Assembly (NCBI GenBank): GCA_000934665.2
Contig: JYFJ02004444.1
Coordinates: forward strand, 1 to 32,124
Direction of reading: 5' to 3'
DNA: 32,124 nucleotides
DNA from: Catajapyx aquilonaris
Lineage: Eukaryota
Positions within the stretch are counted from its first letter, which is position 1. Every line of letters begins with the position of its first letter. The notes under the pieces are model-generated. The model was not told the origin of the DNA, did not search any database, and saw only the letters and a program-made list of their open reading frames with translations. The position numbers and the translations under genes are program-made. Shown here one piece after another: positions 12,124 to 22,762 of the stretch.

Positions 12124-12548
12124 CAGGGTGAAGGGAAACTAGCACCCAATCGCCAGGTAGAATGATAGTACTCGCAAAACTAATATAGGGATGTGCAATT
12201 AGTTTTTGTCACCGTTGCGTAGTTAATGCGTATGGCGCCCTGAAAGTGTAGAGGGCCAGATGGTGGAATATGAGGCAAAAACGACAGACTGCATGGGTGT
12301 CGTACCCAGATTCTTACTCTGACGGGATTTGATTGCCTTTTGCACATGGACGATGTGTTAGGGGACCAAGACAAGGGACCGGGGGCCCTCGAACTGATGT
12401 TTGCTTCTTAGAAGCTGGTGGAACGGATGTGACGTCATGAAACTTTTACGGCGCCGTACTTATTAACTACGTAATGGAGCCCAAAACTAATTGCACATCC
12501 CTATATTCATTTTATGATTACTATAAGTGGCTATTTCCCTTCACCCTG
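12124..12548. mobile_element. Tc1/mariner-type MITE (CAGGGTG termini) carrying a nested MITE
   Basis: TA+CAGGGTGAAGGGAAA ... TTTCCCTTCACCCTG+TA. Confidence 0.8.
12186..12503. mobile_element. Nested MITE
   Basis: Perfect TIR TAGGGATGTGCAATTAGTTTT, flanked by TA on both sides. Confidence 0.85.
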
Positions 12549-12879
12549 TATATACACACACTCCTCGACCGTGAATCAACCTGAAGGGAAGCTGCCATTT
12601 CTAAACAGACGATGCTGCCTGAGCCACATTACACCAGTCACAAAACCATCTATTGTTAAGAGTGTGCCACATGAATCTTTACTTATATATCCCCTTAAAC
12701 AACATCCCAAATAAAATTTATACATTTTTGTGTAATCTATTTTCTCTTCTTCGTAAAAGTTTTCTGCTTCTTCTTAGTCATGACTGCAGATGCCCCACCA
12801 TCCTGACTCAACTGTTGTCTGACTCGCCCTTTACATAACCACAAAGTGCTTGAGTTTGTAAATGCCACATGAGTCCAAT

Positions 12880-13642
12880 GTGGAGTGACCAATCAAAACG
12901 CAACAAACGCCAAAATTTTCAAAATCGAGTTATAGGTGGTAGCATGTCCTTGAGGCTCGGGTCTACATGTGTTAGATTGTGACATTTCTAAATGCAATAT
13001 CTACCGTGTTATAAGGGCTGGAAAATGGAGTGTTGCCTCAAAACGCAATATGTGACCCATACTGGCTACTTCAAAACGCAACATGCACCAAGCAGCCAAT
13101 GGGAGAGTGCAATGCGCAACTGTTACAAATGGCCGCCGATATCTTACCAACCCCATAGAGTAAGCTAACCAACCCACACAGTACTACAGTAGTACGCATG
13201 TTGTTCTCATCGACTCGCTCCAACCCCGAAGGGTGTATAGGTAATAAATTTTTTTTTAAATAGCTAATAATGTTCTCGTGATTAGCATTGTGTTTAGATA
13301 ATAATTAGTGTCAAGGATATGGTATCATGGTTCCTGCTGATAGAAGATACTAAGAATTTTTCACAGTTTAATAATACGGCCAATGATAATGATCGATCAA
13401 AACGCAACATCTGACACATGTACCCAATCAAAACGCAATAAGTCAAATTTTGATTAATTTTTTTCTCGTGACTAGACAATTCCTGATTTCATTAACATAC
13501 ACCATTAACCACCTCTGCATATGGGCATAATGTACTGCACATTTTGTTTCTTGATCACATTCCATTTGGGAGCAATCAGTTTTTGTTGAATATCTCGAAA
13601 TGGCTTTGTTGGCGTTTGTTGCGTTTTGATTGGTCACTCCAC
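12880..13642. mobile_element. MITE, possibly Sola-like
   Basis: 34-bp TIR GTGGAGTGACCAATCAAAACGCAACAAACGCCAA; internal caaaacgcaa repeats; 4-bp flanks caat / aaat. Superfamily is inferred. Confidence 0.8.
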
Positions 13643-13806
13643 AAATGTCCTTTTCGAATGGCATCCTAAACAACCACTTTTTCGTTTGATAGAGTCATGT
13701 AAATAATTTTTTATTTTTAGTTGTAAATGTTACGTGCTGGTTTGTATGGGCAAAATATATTTATCATTTGGGATTAATCCCTTCCTTTTTTCTCATTTCC
13801 AAACAG

Positions 13807-14260
13807 GATGCTTATGACATCGAGGAGATTATAACTGACCATGGCTTGGGAAGTGCCTTCGAACCTGCACTGACAGCAGCGAAAGATGCATGGTGTGAGC
13901 GGGACAAAGAGTGTTCCGAGTGGGTGTGGAAGACTTTCTGCCCTGACGAAACCAAGCCTCCCCCATACAGTCACATAAAAATAAATCAGTATGGGAAAAA
14001 CAGGAAGCATCGGAAGGACTCCAACGGCAACGATGCCTCATCAAGTCCTTGTTCATGCAAGCTTAATTCTGAATCGCCCTGTGGAAAGGACTCAAACTGC
14101 CTGAACAGAGCGACGTTAACAGAGTGTGATCGTGCTCTCTGTCCAGCGCAGGAAAAATGCGGTAACAGGAGGTTCCAGAAGAGGTGTTACCCTAGATTGG
14201 GTCCCTTCAAAACAGAGACCAGAGGTTGGGGCCTCAAAACTCTAGAAGACATTCAAAAAG
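13807..14260 (+). CDS. NSD: NSD-like exon 3 (PWWP C-terminal helix, KPPPY linker, AWS, start of SET)
   Basis: Polypyrimidine tract plus aaacag ends at 13806 (phase 0). Encodes KPPPYSHIKIN, CSCK...PCGKDSNCLNRATLTECDRALCPAQEKCGNRRFQK and RGWGLKTLEDIQK. Donor G|GTGAGA at 14261 (phase 1). Confidence 0.95.
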
Positions 14261-14510
14261 GTGAGAGTATGTTTCAACGATAAGGTTTCTCTAATCCAGT
14301 TGTTCCTGGATGGATGGGAAGAGTTAAACCTGTTTATTTATGCAGTGGTCAGAGATGCCAGGACTAATAACTATGCATAATATGAGTTAGGATCATAAAA
14401 TTCATTGTGTTTCAAAGCCAAAATGACTTCTTCAATTCAGCTTAATAGGACCACTAGTATATTTTTGCAACTACTTGGAGTAACTATTGAGAAGTATGAT
14501 TTTCAAAATA

Positions 14511-15140
14511 CAGGTTCATAATCATTTAGCCAAAATGCTTGGACTGGAATTTTTTTTCGGATTTCGGAATATACACTGTATTCCTGATTATCCCGGCTAA
14601 TGACTGCAAAAGGGACTGAAAAGGGTGAGGGGATTCGAAAGCAGGCTGGCTGTATGACAGCGGCCTTCAGGCTGGGAGTATGGGAGCAATGAGCAATTGA
14701 AAACAAGCAATAAATAATATGGCATTTTGTCCATACACCTTGGAAGTATGAGGGCCACTGTAGGATGGTGTGAGGAGGTGGGCCTTGTCACCAAGAGTTG
14801 CATGTCATGAACAGGCAGTTTATGGGTACAATTAATATGACCTCGGTTAGTCACTCTTGCGTCAAGGGATACTTTTGTGATCTACATGGGCAGGACAGGT
14901 CATGTTAATGGTTAATGGGCAGCAATCTACATAACAGTGAAAGCATTCGTTTCCTGAGTAATAGGTGAATTAAATTGTATTTCCCACAAAACTAATTCTT
15001 GCTTATAACTCTACGTTAGGCTGGTCCCTTGAAGAGCGTTATACAGGTTGAGAATCCTTAATCTGAAATCTGAAGATCTCCTAAATCCAAAGGTTTTTGA
15101 GTGCTGACATGATGCGCCACAAATGGAAAATTCCATGTAA
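14511..15140. mobile_element. Two Tigger4/Zombi-like pogo terminal remnants (14511-14570 and 15044-15140)
   Basis: ta+caggttcataatc...aaatgcttggac...ttcggatttcggaata and ta+caggttgagaatcc...tttttgagtgctgacatga; family resemblance is from memory only. Confidence 0.4.
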
Positions 15141-15215
15141 ATAGAACAAATCGCGCACAATATATTGAAGATGACAATGCAATAAGGGCTAAAGGGCCCA
15201 TCTGTCACTTTTATT

Positions 15216-15564
15216 CAGGGATGGAAAAAGAACTGCTTCTATGATACCGATCCGGACCCGGTACAAGAAGCGCTTCCAGTATTTCTCGATACCCTTGGCA
15301 TCCGGTAACCGGTAGCGCTTCTGTGCAGGGATGGAAAAAAGAACCGCTTCCTTGAAGGAAGCGGTTATTTTTCCATCCCTACACAGAAGCGCTTCTCTTC
15401 TTTTTTCCATCTGAGTGAGAAGCGGTTGCAACAGAATATTGTCCAATAGGTTCTGAAAGCGGTAGTGGTATTTAAGCGCTTCCACATTTGTGAAGCGGTT
15501 GTCGGTAGCGGAAGCTTAAGAAGCGGTTCTGATGGGAAAGGAAGCGGTAATTTTTCCATCCCTG
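15216..15564. mobile_element. hAT MITE
   Basis: TIR CAGGGATGGAAAAA; perfect 8-bp TSD CTTTTATT; internal hairpin that reuses the TIR motif (15315-15392). Confidence 0.92.
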
Positions 15565-16279
15565 CTTTTATTGCATTCCTTCCTTCCTTTGATGGATGTC
15601 CATCCATATAAAATGCAAAAAGAGCAGAAATGTCAGTAGAAATGCCTGAAATAAGCTTCTAATTAACGATGGGCCAAAGCGCGATTTACCGATAGCAGTG
15701 ACTAACGTGATTGTCACTTTTGAAAAGTGCAATTTTAATACGCTACAAGTGACATGTGATTTTAAAATGTCAGCGATTTTTAAGTGCGCCGTAAATTCTG
15801 TCTCGTTGCTGCTTCCAAAGGAGCTGCTTTTCTTTACCATTAGAACATTCCTCTCGGAGGAGCAGTGCCACACCTAGTGTAAAATAAAGCAGACTTGTGG
15901 GTCTATATGTTACCAAAAAATCTTTGACCTATGCCCTCGGGGAGTGGTCAAAAATGTTTGATACTTAATGTTTATGTTAAGCTGAAACCCCAAGAACGTC
16001 CATTGGGCGAAAAAACCGTCCATACTGCAGAATGGATAGAGCATTCTGCAGAATATGGTCCATGTCAAATAGTCCATTCTGCAGAATGCTCCTTGTCCAA
16101 CCATCCATTCTACAGAATGCTCCTTTTCAAACCATTCTTTCTGCAGAATGGACGTTTTAATGAAACGGCCAGACACCGAAATGCTCTTTTAAAAATACCA
16201 GAACGTTTTCCTGGGCTAAACTTAAACGTCAGGACGCCAATTTCCTGTTGGGATGGCTGGTTTAGAAGACACCCATAAC

Positions 16280-16390
16280 CAGGGATGGAAAAAGTACCGC
16301 TTCCTTCCAAGAAGCGCTTCTTTTTTCCATGTGCAGGGATAGAAAAAGAACCGCTTACCGCCCAAAGAAGCGGTTCTTTTTCCATCCCTG
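16280..16390. mobile_element. 111-bp hAT mini-MITE (same TIR as 15216)
   Basis: CAGGGATGGAAAAAG...CTTTTTCCATCCCTG; perfect TSD CCCATAAC; empty site visible in the opposite arm (~18695-18703). Confidence 0.93.
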
Positions 16391-16445
16391 CCCATAACTC
16401 GTGTCAGTTTCTTGTTTCCCACTATGCCATGTATAGATGCTGGAA

Positions 16446-16810
16446 GGGAAGGTGAAGTGGCGCTGCAGTAACGTATGCGCCCACGGATGTTAAGGTCCTG
16501 GGATCAAATCCAGCCCGGGGTCCCCCCTTTCATCCCGTGCAAAATTTGGGTCGTCTCTGGCTTCATCTCGGGTGGAATTTCAGATAGACTAATCCACCCG
16601 GGGGAGTTCACAAAATGTACCCCAAGTTATAAGACATTGCACATCCCCTCCTACTCTTCCCCCCTTTCGCCCGGGCGTTACGTCAAAGGACCAACTGTAT
16701 CAAGCTTGTACAAATATTAACCATAAATAAAGGTACTGTGCCAGATGCCCCTTGGGCGGAGCACTAAACCCTATTATTATTATTATTATTATTATTATTA
16801 TCATTATTAT

Positions 16811-16835
<25 letters not shown>
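16446..16835 (+). mobile_element. tRNA-derived SINE, family A (full length)
   Basis: A/B boxes, (ATT)n tail, 17-bp TSD ATGTATAGATGCTGGAA (16429-16445, 16836-16852). Confidence 0.9.
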
Positions 16836-16843
<8 letters not shown>

Positions 16844-17125
16844 ATGCTGGAAATAAATCACCCTATTGTTGTTTGGCAAATGGTTGAAAAACTTAACATT
16901 TGATGATCATGATTATTTTCCAGGAACTATTAACTCCAAATATTTATTACCATTATTACTAGTACATCTTCCAGGCACTGTTATCCTTAGTCTATTTATA
17001 CTCGCAGGCACTGTTCAAATGACACTTAGAATTGCACTTACTATTGCTTGATCGACATTTACATTTCTTATCAGTGCAGTACTTTTTGAAACTGCAACTT
17101 GTGAATCCCTGCTTACTACCTGAAC

Positions 17126-17812
17126 CATATCGTCGGCCGGCGATCAAAACCTCGTAACTCCTCAAGACCAAATTTTACAGGAGGGACAAAAAACATTTTG
17201 TAAAATCATGTTTTCTGTTCATGCTGACAATGATTCCTACAGTATAGCATAACGTAAACCTTACCTTTCATGAGAATGATGTTGAATTCATGTACACCGT
17301 TGCAAAGTTGTGCAAAGGGACTTACGAAGTACGTAAGTCCATTTTCGCGCAAAATGGAGTTACGAGGTTTTGATCGCCGGCCGACGATATACTACATAAG
17401 AGGCGCAAACTTCTGTCGGCGCCTTTGTTGTTCGCGTCTCTCTGTTTATAGGGTGTTGCCAAGGCCGGCGGCCATCTTGACGTGTGTGGTATGCCAACGA
17501 GGTATAAATAGGGTACAGGCAAAAATAAGGTCCGCTATCTTTGATGGTTTTGGCTGTCATGGCAATACACGGCAATAACAATTTACTTACTCATTTTCCA
17601 ATATCGAATTCAAATTCGCGAGTGTTATTGCGTGTATTGCCATGGCAGCCCAAACCATCAAAGATGGCGGACATTGACGGCCTGCCTGTACCCTATTTAT
17701 ACCTCGTTGACATACCACACACTTCAAGATGGCCGCCAGCCTTGCCAACGCCATAAACAGAGAGACGAAAAAAATCGAATGTTTGCGTCTCTTATGTAGT
17801 ATATGCTCCCTG
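17126..17812. mobile_element. Palindromic MITE with 7-bp TSD (P/hAT-like, unresolved)
   Basis: TSD CCTGAAC (17119-17125, 17813-17819); about 190-bp arms 17390-17580 / 17623-17805. Confidence 0.82.
17130..17387. mobile_element. MITE inserted into the terminus of the 17126 element
   Basis: Perfect TIR TCGTCGGCCGGCGATCAAAACCTCGTAACTCC, TA TSD. Confidence 0.88.
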
Positions 17813-17941
17813 CCTGAACTTAAAGCTGAAGCCGATCGAAGAGATTCAGAACTGGTGGAAGGAATTCAGTTCATATCTATAAAATTGAAATCAGCAGGAT
17901 GATAGCAGCTTCGAGTTGTTCATCTTCAGCATGAAAACTCT

Positions 17942-18290
17942 GAAATAGAGTACCTGAAGTTGATTGAGAATGTTTTTGGCTCCTATAGGAATGTGTCAGG
18001 GGTTGTTTTAGGTTACGTTGTAACATCTGGGCTCTACCAGTTGGGCGCCAAAGAAGGTATTTTAGAGAGGCTGTATGCTCGCAAAGAGTTCACGCCTGCT
18101 AATTACAATTTTATAGATCTGAGCGAAGTTCCTTTCCCCAGATCTGTATCTCTTCGATTGGCTTCAGCTTTTAAGATCCGGTAGTAAGCAGGGATTCGTA
18201 AGTTGCAGTTGCAAAAAGTACTGCACTGATAAGAAATGTAAATGTCATTCAAGTAATACTAAATGTAATAATATTCTAAGTGTGACTAAC
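17942..18290 (+). pseudogene. Decayed C-terminus of a Ginger2/TDD (KRBA2/SCAND3-like) integrase/transposase
   Basis: Across frameshifts it reads RVPEVD...RNVSGVVLG...GLYQLGAKEGILERLYARKEF...FIDLSEVP..SVSLRLAS...GSKQGFVSCSCKKYCTDKKCKC. This matches my recollection of the family pattern PDVDR..PRN..GxYxLGTxxG.L..LY.R..F...QGF..CxC...C....CxC. Confidence 0.75.
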
Positions 18291-18310
18291 GGTGCCTGTA
18301 AGAATGCTAG

Positions 18311-18555
18311 AGGCGGATTCTAAGGTCCCCTAAGTCCATATTCAAGAAAAATTAGCTGAGGACATCGATTGGTAGCTTATGGTACTTCCCACCTCTTCCT
18401 GAGGTCGGAATACACCAAATGTCCCTAGGTCCAAGCACGGAAATCGGAGGATTTTTCCAAAGCCATATAAGTTCATATAAATACTTTATGACAACAAAAA
18501 CTCAAATCTCAAAAGGACACAAATGGACGTATAGGGGACATTGGAATCCCGCTTC
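18311..18555. mobile_element. Small MITE in the right arm
   Basis: Imperfect TIRs gcggattctaaggtcccctaagtcca / tggacgtataggggacattggaatcccgc; this sequence is absent from the left arm. Confidence 0.6.
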
Positions 18556-18865
18556 TTATGATGAAGGTAATAGTTTCTGGAAAATAAACAGCATCATCAA
18601 ATGTTAAGTTTTTCAACCATTTACCAAACAACAATAAGGTGATTTATTTCTAGCATCTACATGGCATAATGGGAAACAGGAAACTGCCACAATGAGTTAT
18701 GGGCATCTTCTAACCAGCCATCCCGACATGAAATTGGCGTCCTGACATTTAAGTTTAGCCCAGGAAAGCGTTCTGGTATTTTTAAAAGAGCATTTCGGGG
18801 TCTGGCCGTTTCATTAAAACGTCCATTCTGCAGAATTGATGGTTTGAAAATGAGCATTCTGCAGA

Positions 18866-21155
18866 ATGGGAAGGGTCCTGGATCGCATTTTGAATAACCG
18901 GCTCATGTATTGGTCAGAGAGCCAGGAGGTTCTAGACCATGCCCAATACGGCTTCCGACCACGGAGGGGTGTGGTGGAGGCTGTGGATAACCTTACTGAT
19001 GGGATCCGACGAGCCTGGGCACGGAAGGAACATTGTCTCCTGATCACCCTCGATGTACAGAACACTTTTAACAGCATTTTACATCACCATTTAATGCAGA
19101 GCCTATTGTTGGAAGGCTGCCCCAAGGGACTAGCACGGATGATAGAGAGCTTTTTGGGCCCCAGGGAAATGAGATTGCCTGACCTGACATTCGTTATGAC
19201 GAGAGGCTGCCCTCAGGGATCCAGTATGGGCCCCACTCTTTGGAACCTGGGAATGAATTCTTGGTTTCGAAGAATTCGCAGGACTGGGGTGAATCCACAA
19301 GCTTTTGCAGATGACCAGGTCCTGCTGCTGCATGATACATATCTGGAGAACATCGAAATGATGTGGCAGAGTTTGGAGCCGGAACTTAGTGGGTGGGCTA
19401 GTGAGTTGGGGCTGTGCTACAACTCCAGTAAGACGGAGGGCCTTTTCCTCCCATTTCATTCGTTGGAAGAGAAGCCGAGGGTTGCCTTCCAGGGAGAGAA
19501 CATCACGTTGGGATTGACAGTCAGAGTCTTGGGCCTCCATCTCGACGCGCGCCTGACTTGGGTTTCACACGCCCGCATCATGAGAGACAAGGTGCGGGGG
19601 TTGGCAGCCAGGATCTGGAGGGTGGCAGGCCTCAATTGGGGGATGGCCCCCCGTAGCAGACGTGTGGTATTGCGTGGGGCCATTTTACCGATGCTGTTGT
19701 TCGGGTCCGAGGTGTGGGGTAGACGTGCAACCGATAGGCGCATCAGGTCCAGCCTGCAGGCTGCCATCCGGCCGATGCTTCTAGCTACTACTAGGACATA
19801 TCGAACGACTTCCAATGTGCTGCTGAACGTCCTGGCAGGCTGTCCGCCTCCAGACTTGCAGGCTCAAGCTAGATATCATGCTCATCTGGCCTTCCTGGAA
19901 CAAAGAGCTGCCGGGACGACGGTGAGGAGCCAAGCGATGTACCATCTTGTTCCCCCTTGGCAGTGGGAGCGACTAGATATACTGAAGTGGACGGAGTCTC
20001 CCAAGGGGGTGGGCCTGATCATCTTCACGGACGGGTCGGTCACGAGGGGCTACAAAGCTGGGGGGGGGGGGCAATGGTATGCATCAATGGGAGAGGGGAA
20101 GAGCTGTTCGTTAGACGCGTCCCGTTCCTAGTGACGGCGGGTATATACGAGGTGGAGTTGGACATGTTGGAGAGGGCCATTGAGACGCTGGCGGAGATGC
20201 AACATCCGGGAGGTAGCGTGACGTGGATTGTGTCCGACTCTATGTCGGCCCTGCAGACTTTAGCAGACCCCAGACTCTCATCAATGGTGGCGGCCAGGAC
20301 GAGGGAGGTACTGCGCTCCATTTCAGCGGAGGTGACGCTATGTTGGGCCAAGGGGCGTGCTGGAATCTTAGGCAACGAGCGAGCGGACAGCGAAGCGCGG
20401 TGAGCGGCGGATCTGGTGGTGGGGCGGGCTTTCCTGCCGGAGACCGGAGCAGCAGTGAGGAGGAGGTGTTGGCGCCGTTCCCTGATGGACTGGCAGACGA
20501 GGTGGTCGGGGGACAGAGGGGATTGGTGCCATGCCTTTCTTCCAGAGGTGGAATACGACCGTCACCTTCATGGACATGTGGCTAGGATGATTTCCGGCCA
20601 TGGCCCTTTCCTGGCTTACCTCGCTCGGTTTAGGCTGAAAGGGAGGACGGAGAAGGATGCCCTATGCCCGTGCAAAGGAGGTCCTCAGGACGCTGCTCAT
20701 GTGCTTTGGCATTGCACTATCCAGGAGGTGTTGGCTGCCAGGGGTCCCCTACTTTGTGCGGCCGTGTCACGAGGTCTGGGTTGGCCATGCCCAAGACGGC
20801 CTTCGTCACCTGTCTTTTTACGGAGTTCAATACCTTCTGCCTAGCGGCAGACAGGGTATTATCAGTCCTAAACGCTTAGATGATTGAACTTATGATGGAC
20901 TGATGACTGGTGGTCTGAATGAATGAACTTGTAATGGACTGATGACTGGTGGTCTGGATGGTTGAATTTGTAATGGACTTAATGACTGGTGGTCTGGATG
21001 ATTGAACTTGTTATGGACTGATGACTGGTGGTCTGGATGATTGGTGGCAGCCAAGTTGACGTTTTTTTATTATTTTGTATTAATTATGTTGTTAATGTTG
21101 AATGAATGGGCTGTTGGGCCTTATGGGCATGGTCGGTCCAATAAATTCCGAATAA
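18866..21155 (+). mobile_element. 5'-truncated R1-clade-like non-LTR retrotransposon (RT, RNase H, CCHC)
   Basis: RT motifs QYGFR, LDVQNTFNSI, GCPQGSSMGPTLWN, AFADDQ; RNase H motifs IFTDGS, VSDSMSAL, GILGNERAD; GHGPF..CPC..HVLWHC. Frameshift at G-run 20060-20071, in-frame TGA at 20401, further shift near 20790; AATAAA near 21139. Confidence 0.93.
20880..21043 (+). repeat. Four ~39-40-bp tandem repeats in the LINE 3' UTR
   Basis: Unit approximately gatgattgaacttgtaatggactgatgactggtggtctg. Confidence 0.9.
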
Positions 21156-21749
21156 GTATGGACGGTTTTTTCGCCCAATGACCGTTTTGGGGGTTTGAGC
21201 CTAACATATACATGTGGCATGGGAGGGGGAAAAAACATTAATCTAAATTAAATATAGTGTCTAATTACTCGGACACGAATAGTGTGTCTCCTACATATCA
21301 TAATCGTACTTTATTTTATCCTGTGAAGGTTAATTTCTCCATGTTTAGGCCAAAGTAACGATACAATGCAAGAAGGGCCCAATTGTGAGCATTAAAAGTA
21401 TGTAAATAAAATATAAATTACATGGAGATTTTTCCATGCATGTACTGTCAGGTATTCACGTTGCATGTATCTGTGATTACATTCAGAGCACAATCGTCGA
21501 CCATGAGAGGAAACAGAAATAAATAGATTTTTTTTCTTCCTGAACATTTTCGATTTTCACAATATATTGGGCCCTTATTGAATTTATTGTGGTCTTCAAT
21601 TATCAGGATCTGTATGCATAAAAAAATATTGGAAATTATTATAATACTCGTGCAGGGCTGATGTAAGTATAACCCCCAGTATTAAATGTATATGGTGTTC
21701 AGACATGTATCCCATCCCAAAATTGTCCCATTTTATACATGTGCAACTA

Positions 21750-22166
21750 CAGTAAAATAAGTTGAACTTCCCTCAGTCGAAGTGCATGCAGGGCCTTACC
21801 ATGGGATATTGATGCATTTTCAGTCTCCCTAAGTCAAAGTTCATGTTGGTGAGTACGGAAAATTTTCTCATTTCCCAGCCGACGGGTCGAGAGAATTAGG
21901 CCACATGTACAGAAAGGCTCAATTTCCTGATCTACGTCTACTAGACGTAGGCCTACCGAAAGAAGTGTTTGACTCGATTGTGAAAATTGAATCCTTGAAT
22001 CTAAGAGTAGATAAATGTCCATAACTGAGATTTTATTTTACAACAAAACAACGAGGAACATGTAAGTGTGTTAGTGACAGTTTAAAAAAAGTTTTGAACA
22101 CCTTTCAAAGCTGGATATAAAGGCAGGCTTCCTTATAGAGTTCTGTGCTTTAAAAAATCCAAACTT
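21750..22166. mobile_element. Truncated copy of the 9689-10230 MITE
   Basis: Direct homology (cagggcctta...tttcagtctccctaagtc...agaaaggctcaatttcctgatct); right TIR missing. Confidence 0.85.
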
Positions 22167-22297
22167 TGGAATCCATTCCAAATGACTATGTCATGTACGA
22201 GACATAATTATTTGGAATTCACTCCAATAAATCACCTGGGGGCAGTGGCAAATCAATGCACATGTCATCCCATGGAAGTTCACAGGACGTACCTGGT

Positions 22298-22405
22298 GTC
22301 CAACAAGAATTGTCGCAAGCGGCAGCGCACGAACTACAGTCTCTCGTATACCTGTGCTCGTAGATTGTAGTTCGTGCGCTGCCGCTGCGACAATTCTTGT
22401 TGGAC
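22298..22405. repeat. 108-bp hairpin
   Basis: gtccaacaagaattgtcgca(a)gcggcagcgcacgaactaca pairs with tgtagttcgtgcgctgccgctgcgacaattcttgttggac. Confidence 0.9.
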
Positions 22406-22551
22406 TGATAGTACATGGGATGTCACAATCTGGTCCCTATGTGATCCGGGGGATGTCCTTTGGGCCATCCCAGGGACCTCCACATCCGGATCTGGGACCA
22501 CCCTTGTGCGTCACTTTATCCCAATGTGTCATCCCTGGGACGTCCTAGGTA

Positions 22552-22762
22552 CCCCCGCGAGCATAAAGATGGAGACGGCAGGCCCTTTTTTGACCTTTCT
22601 TTATCTGACTCAAATTAATGAACTCTTTTTGGACCGAGTTGGCTGCTTCAGGCGTGTGTTCGTGTATTTATGACAGTATATTTGATACCGTAAAAGCTGA
22701 GATTGGCAGAGCAGCCTGCCGAAGGTGAGGGCCTGTGGTCTCCATCTTTATGCTCGCGGGTG
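22552..22762. mobile_element. MITE with TA TSD
   Basis: TIR C(C/A)CCCGCGAGCATAAAGATGGAGAC. Confidence 0.85.

Larger units (their letters stand above)
15975..21206. mobile_element. Palindromic Ginger2/TDD-like transposon derivative (two inverted 3' halves) with nested insertions
   Basis: Termini TGTTAAGCTGAAACCCC / GGGGTTTGAGCCTAACA, flanks ttta / tata. Once inserts are removed, 15975-~17903 mirrors ~18094-21206. The centre encodes a decayed integrase C-terminus. Confidence 0.75.

Noticed and set aside
19130..20601. Several antisense or alternate-frame ORFs over the LINE
   Set aside because: Shadow ORFs of GC-rich RT coding sequence.
20880..21043. Regular ~40-bp repeats as a CRISPR array
   Set aside because: Contiguous tandem units without unique spacers, inside a LINE 3' UTR in eukaryotic DNA.
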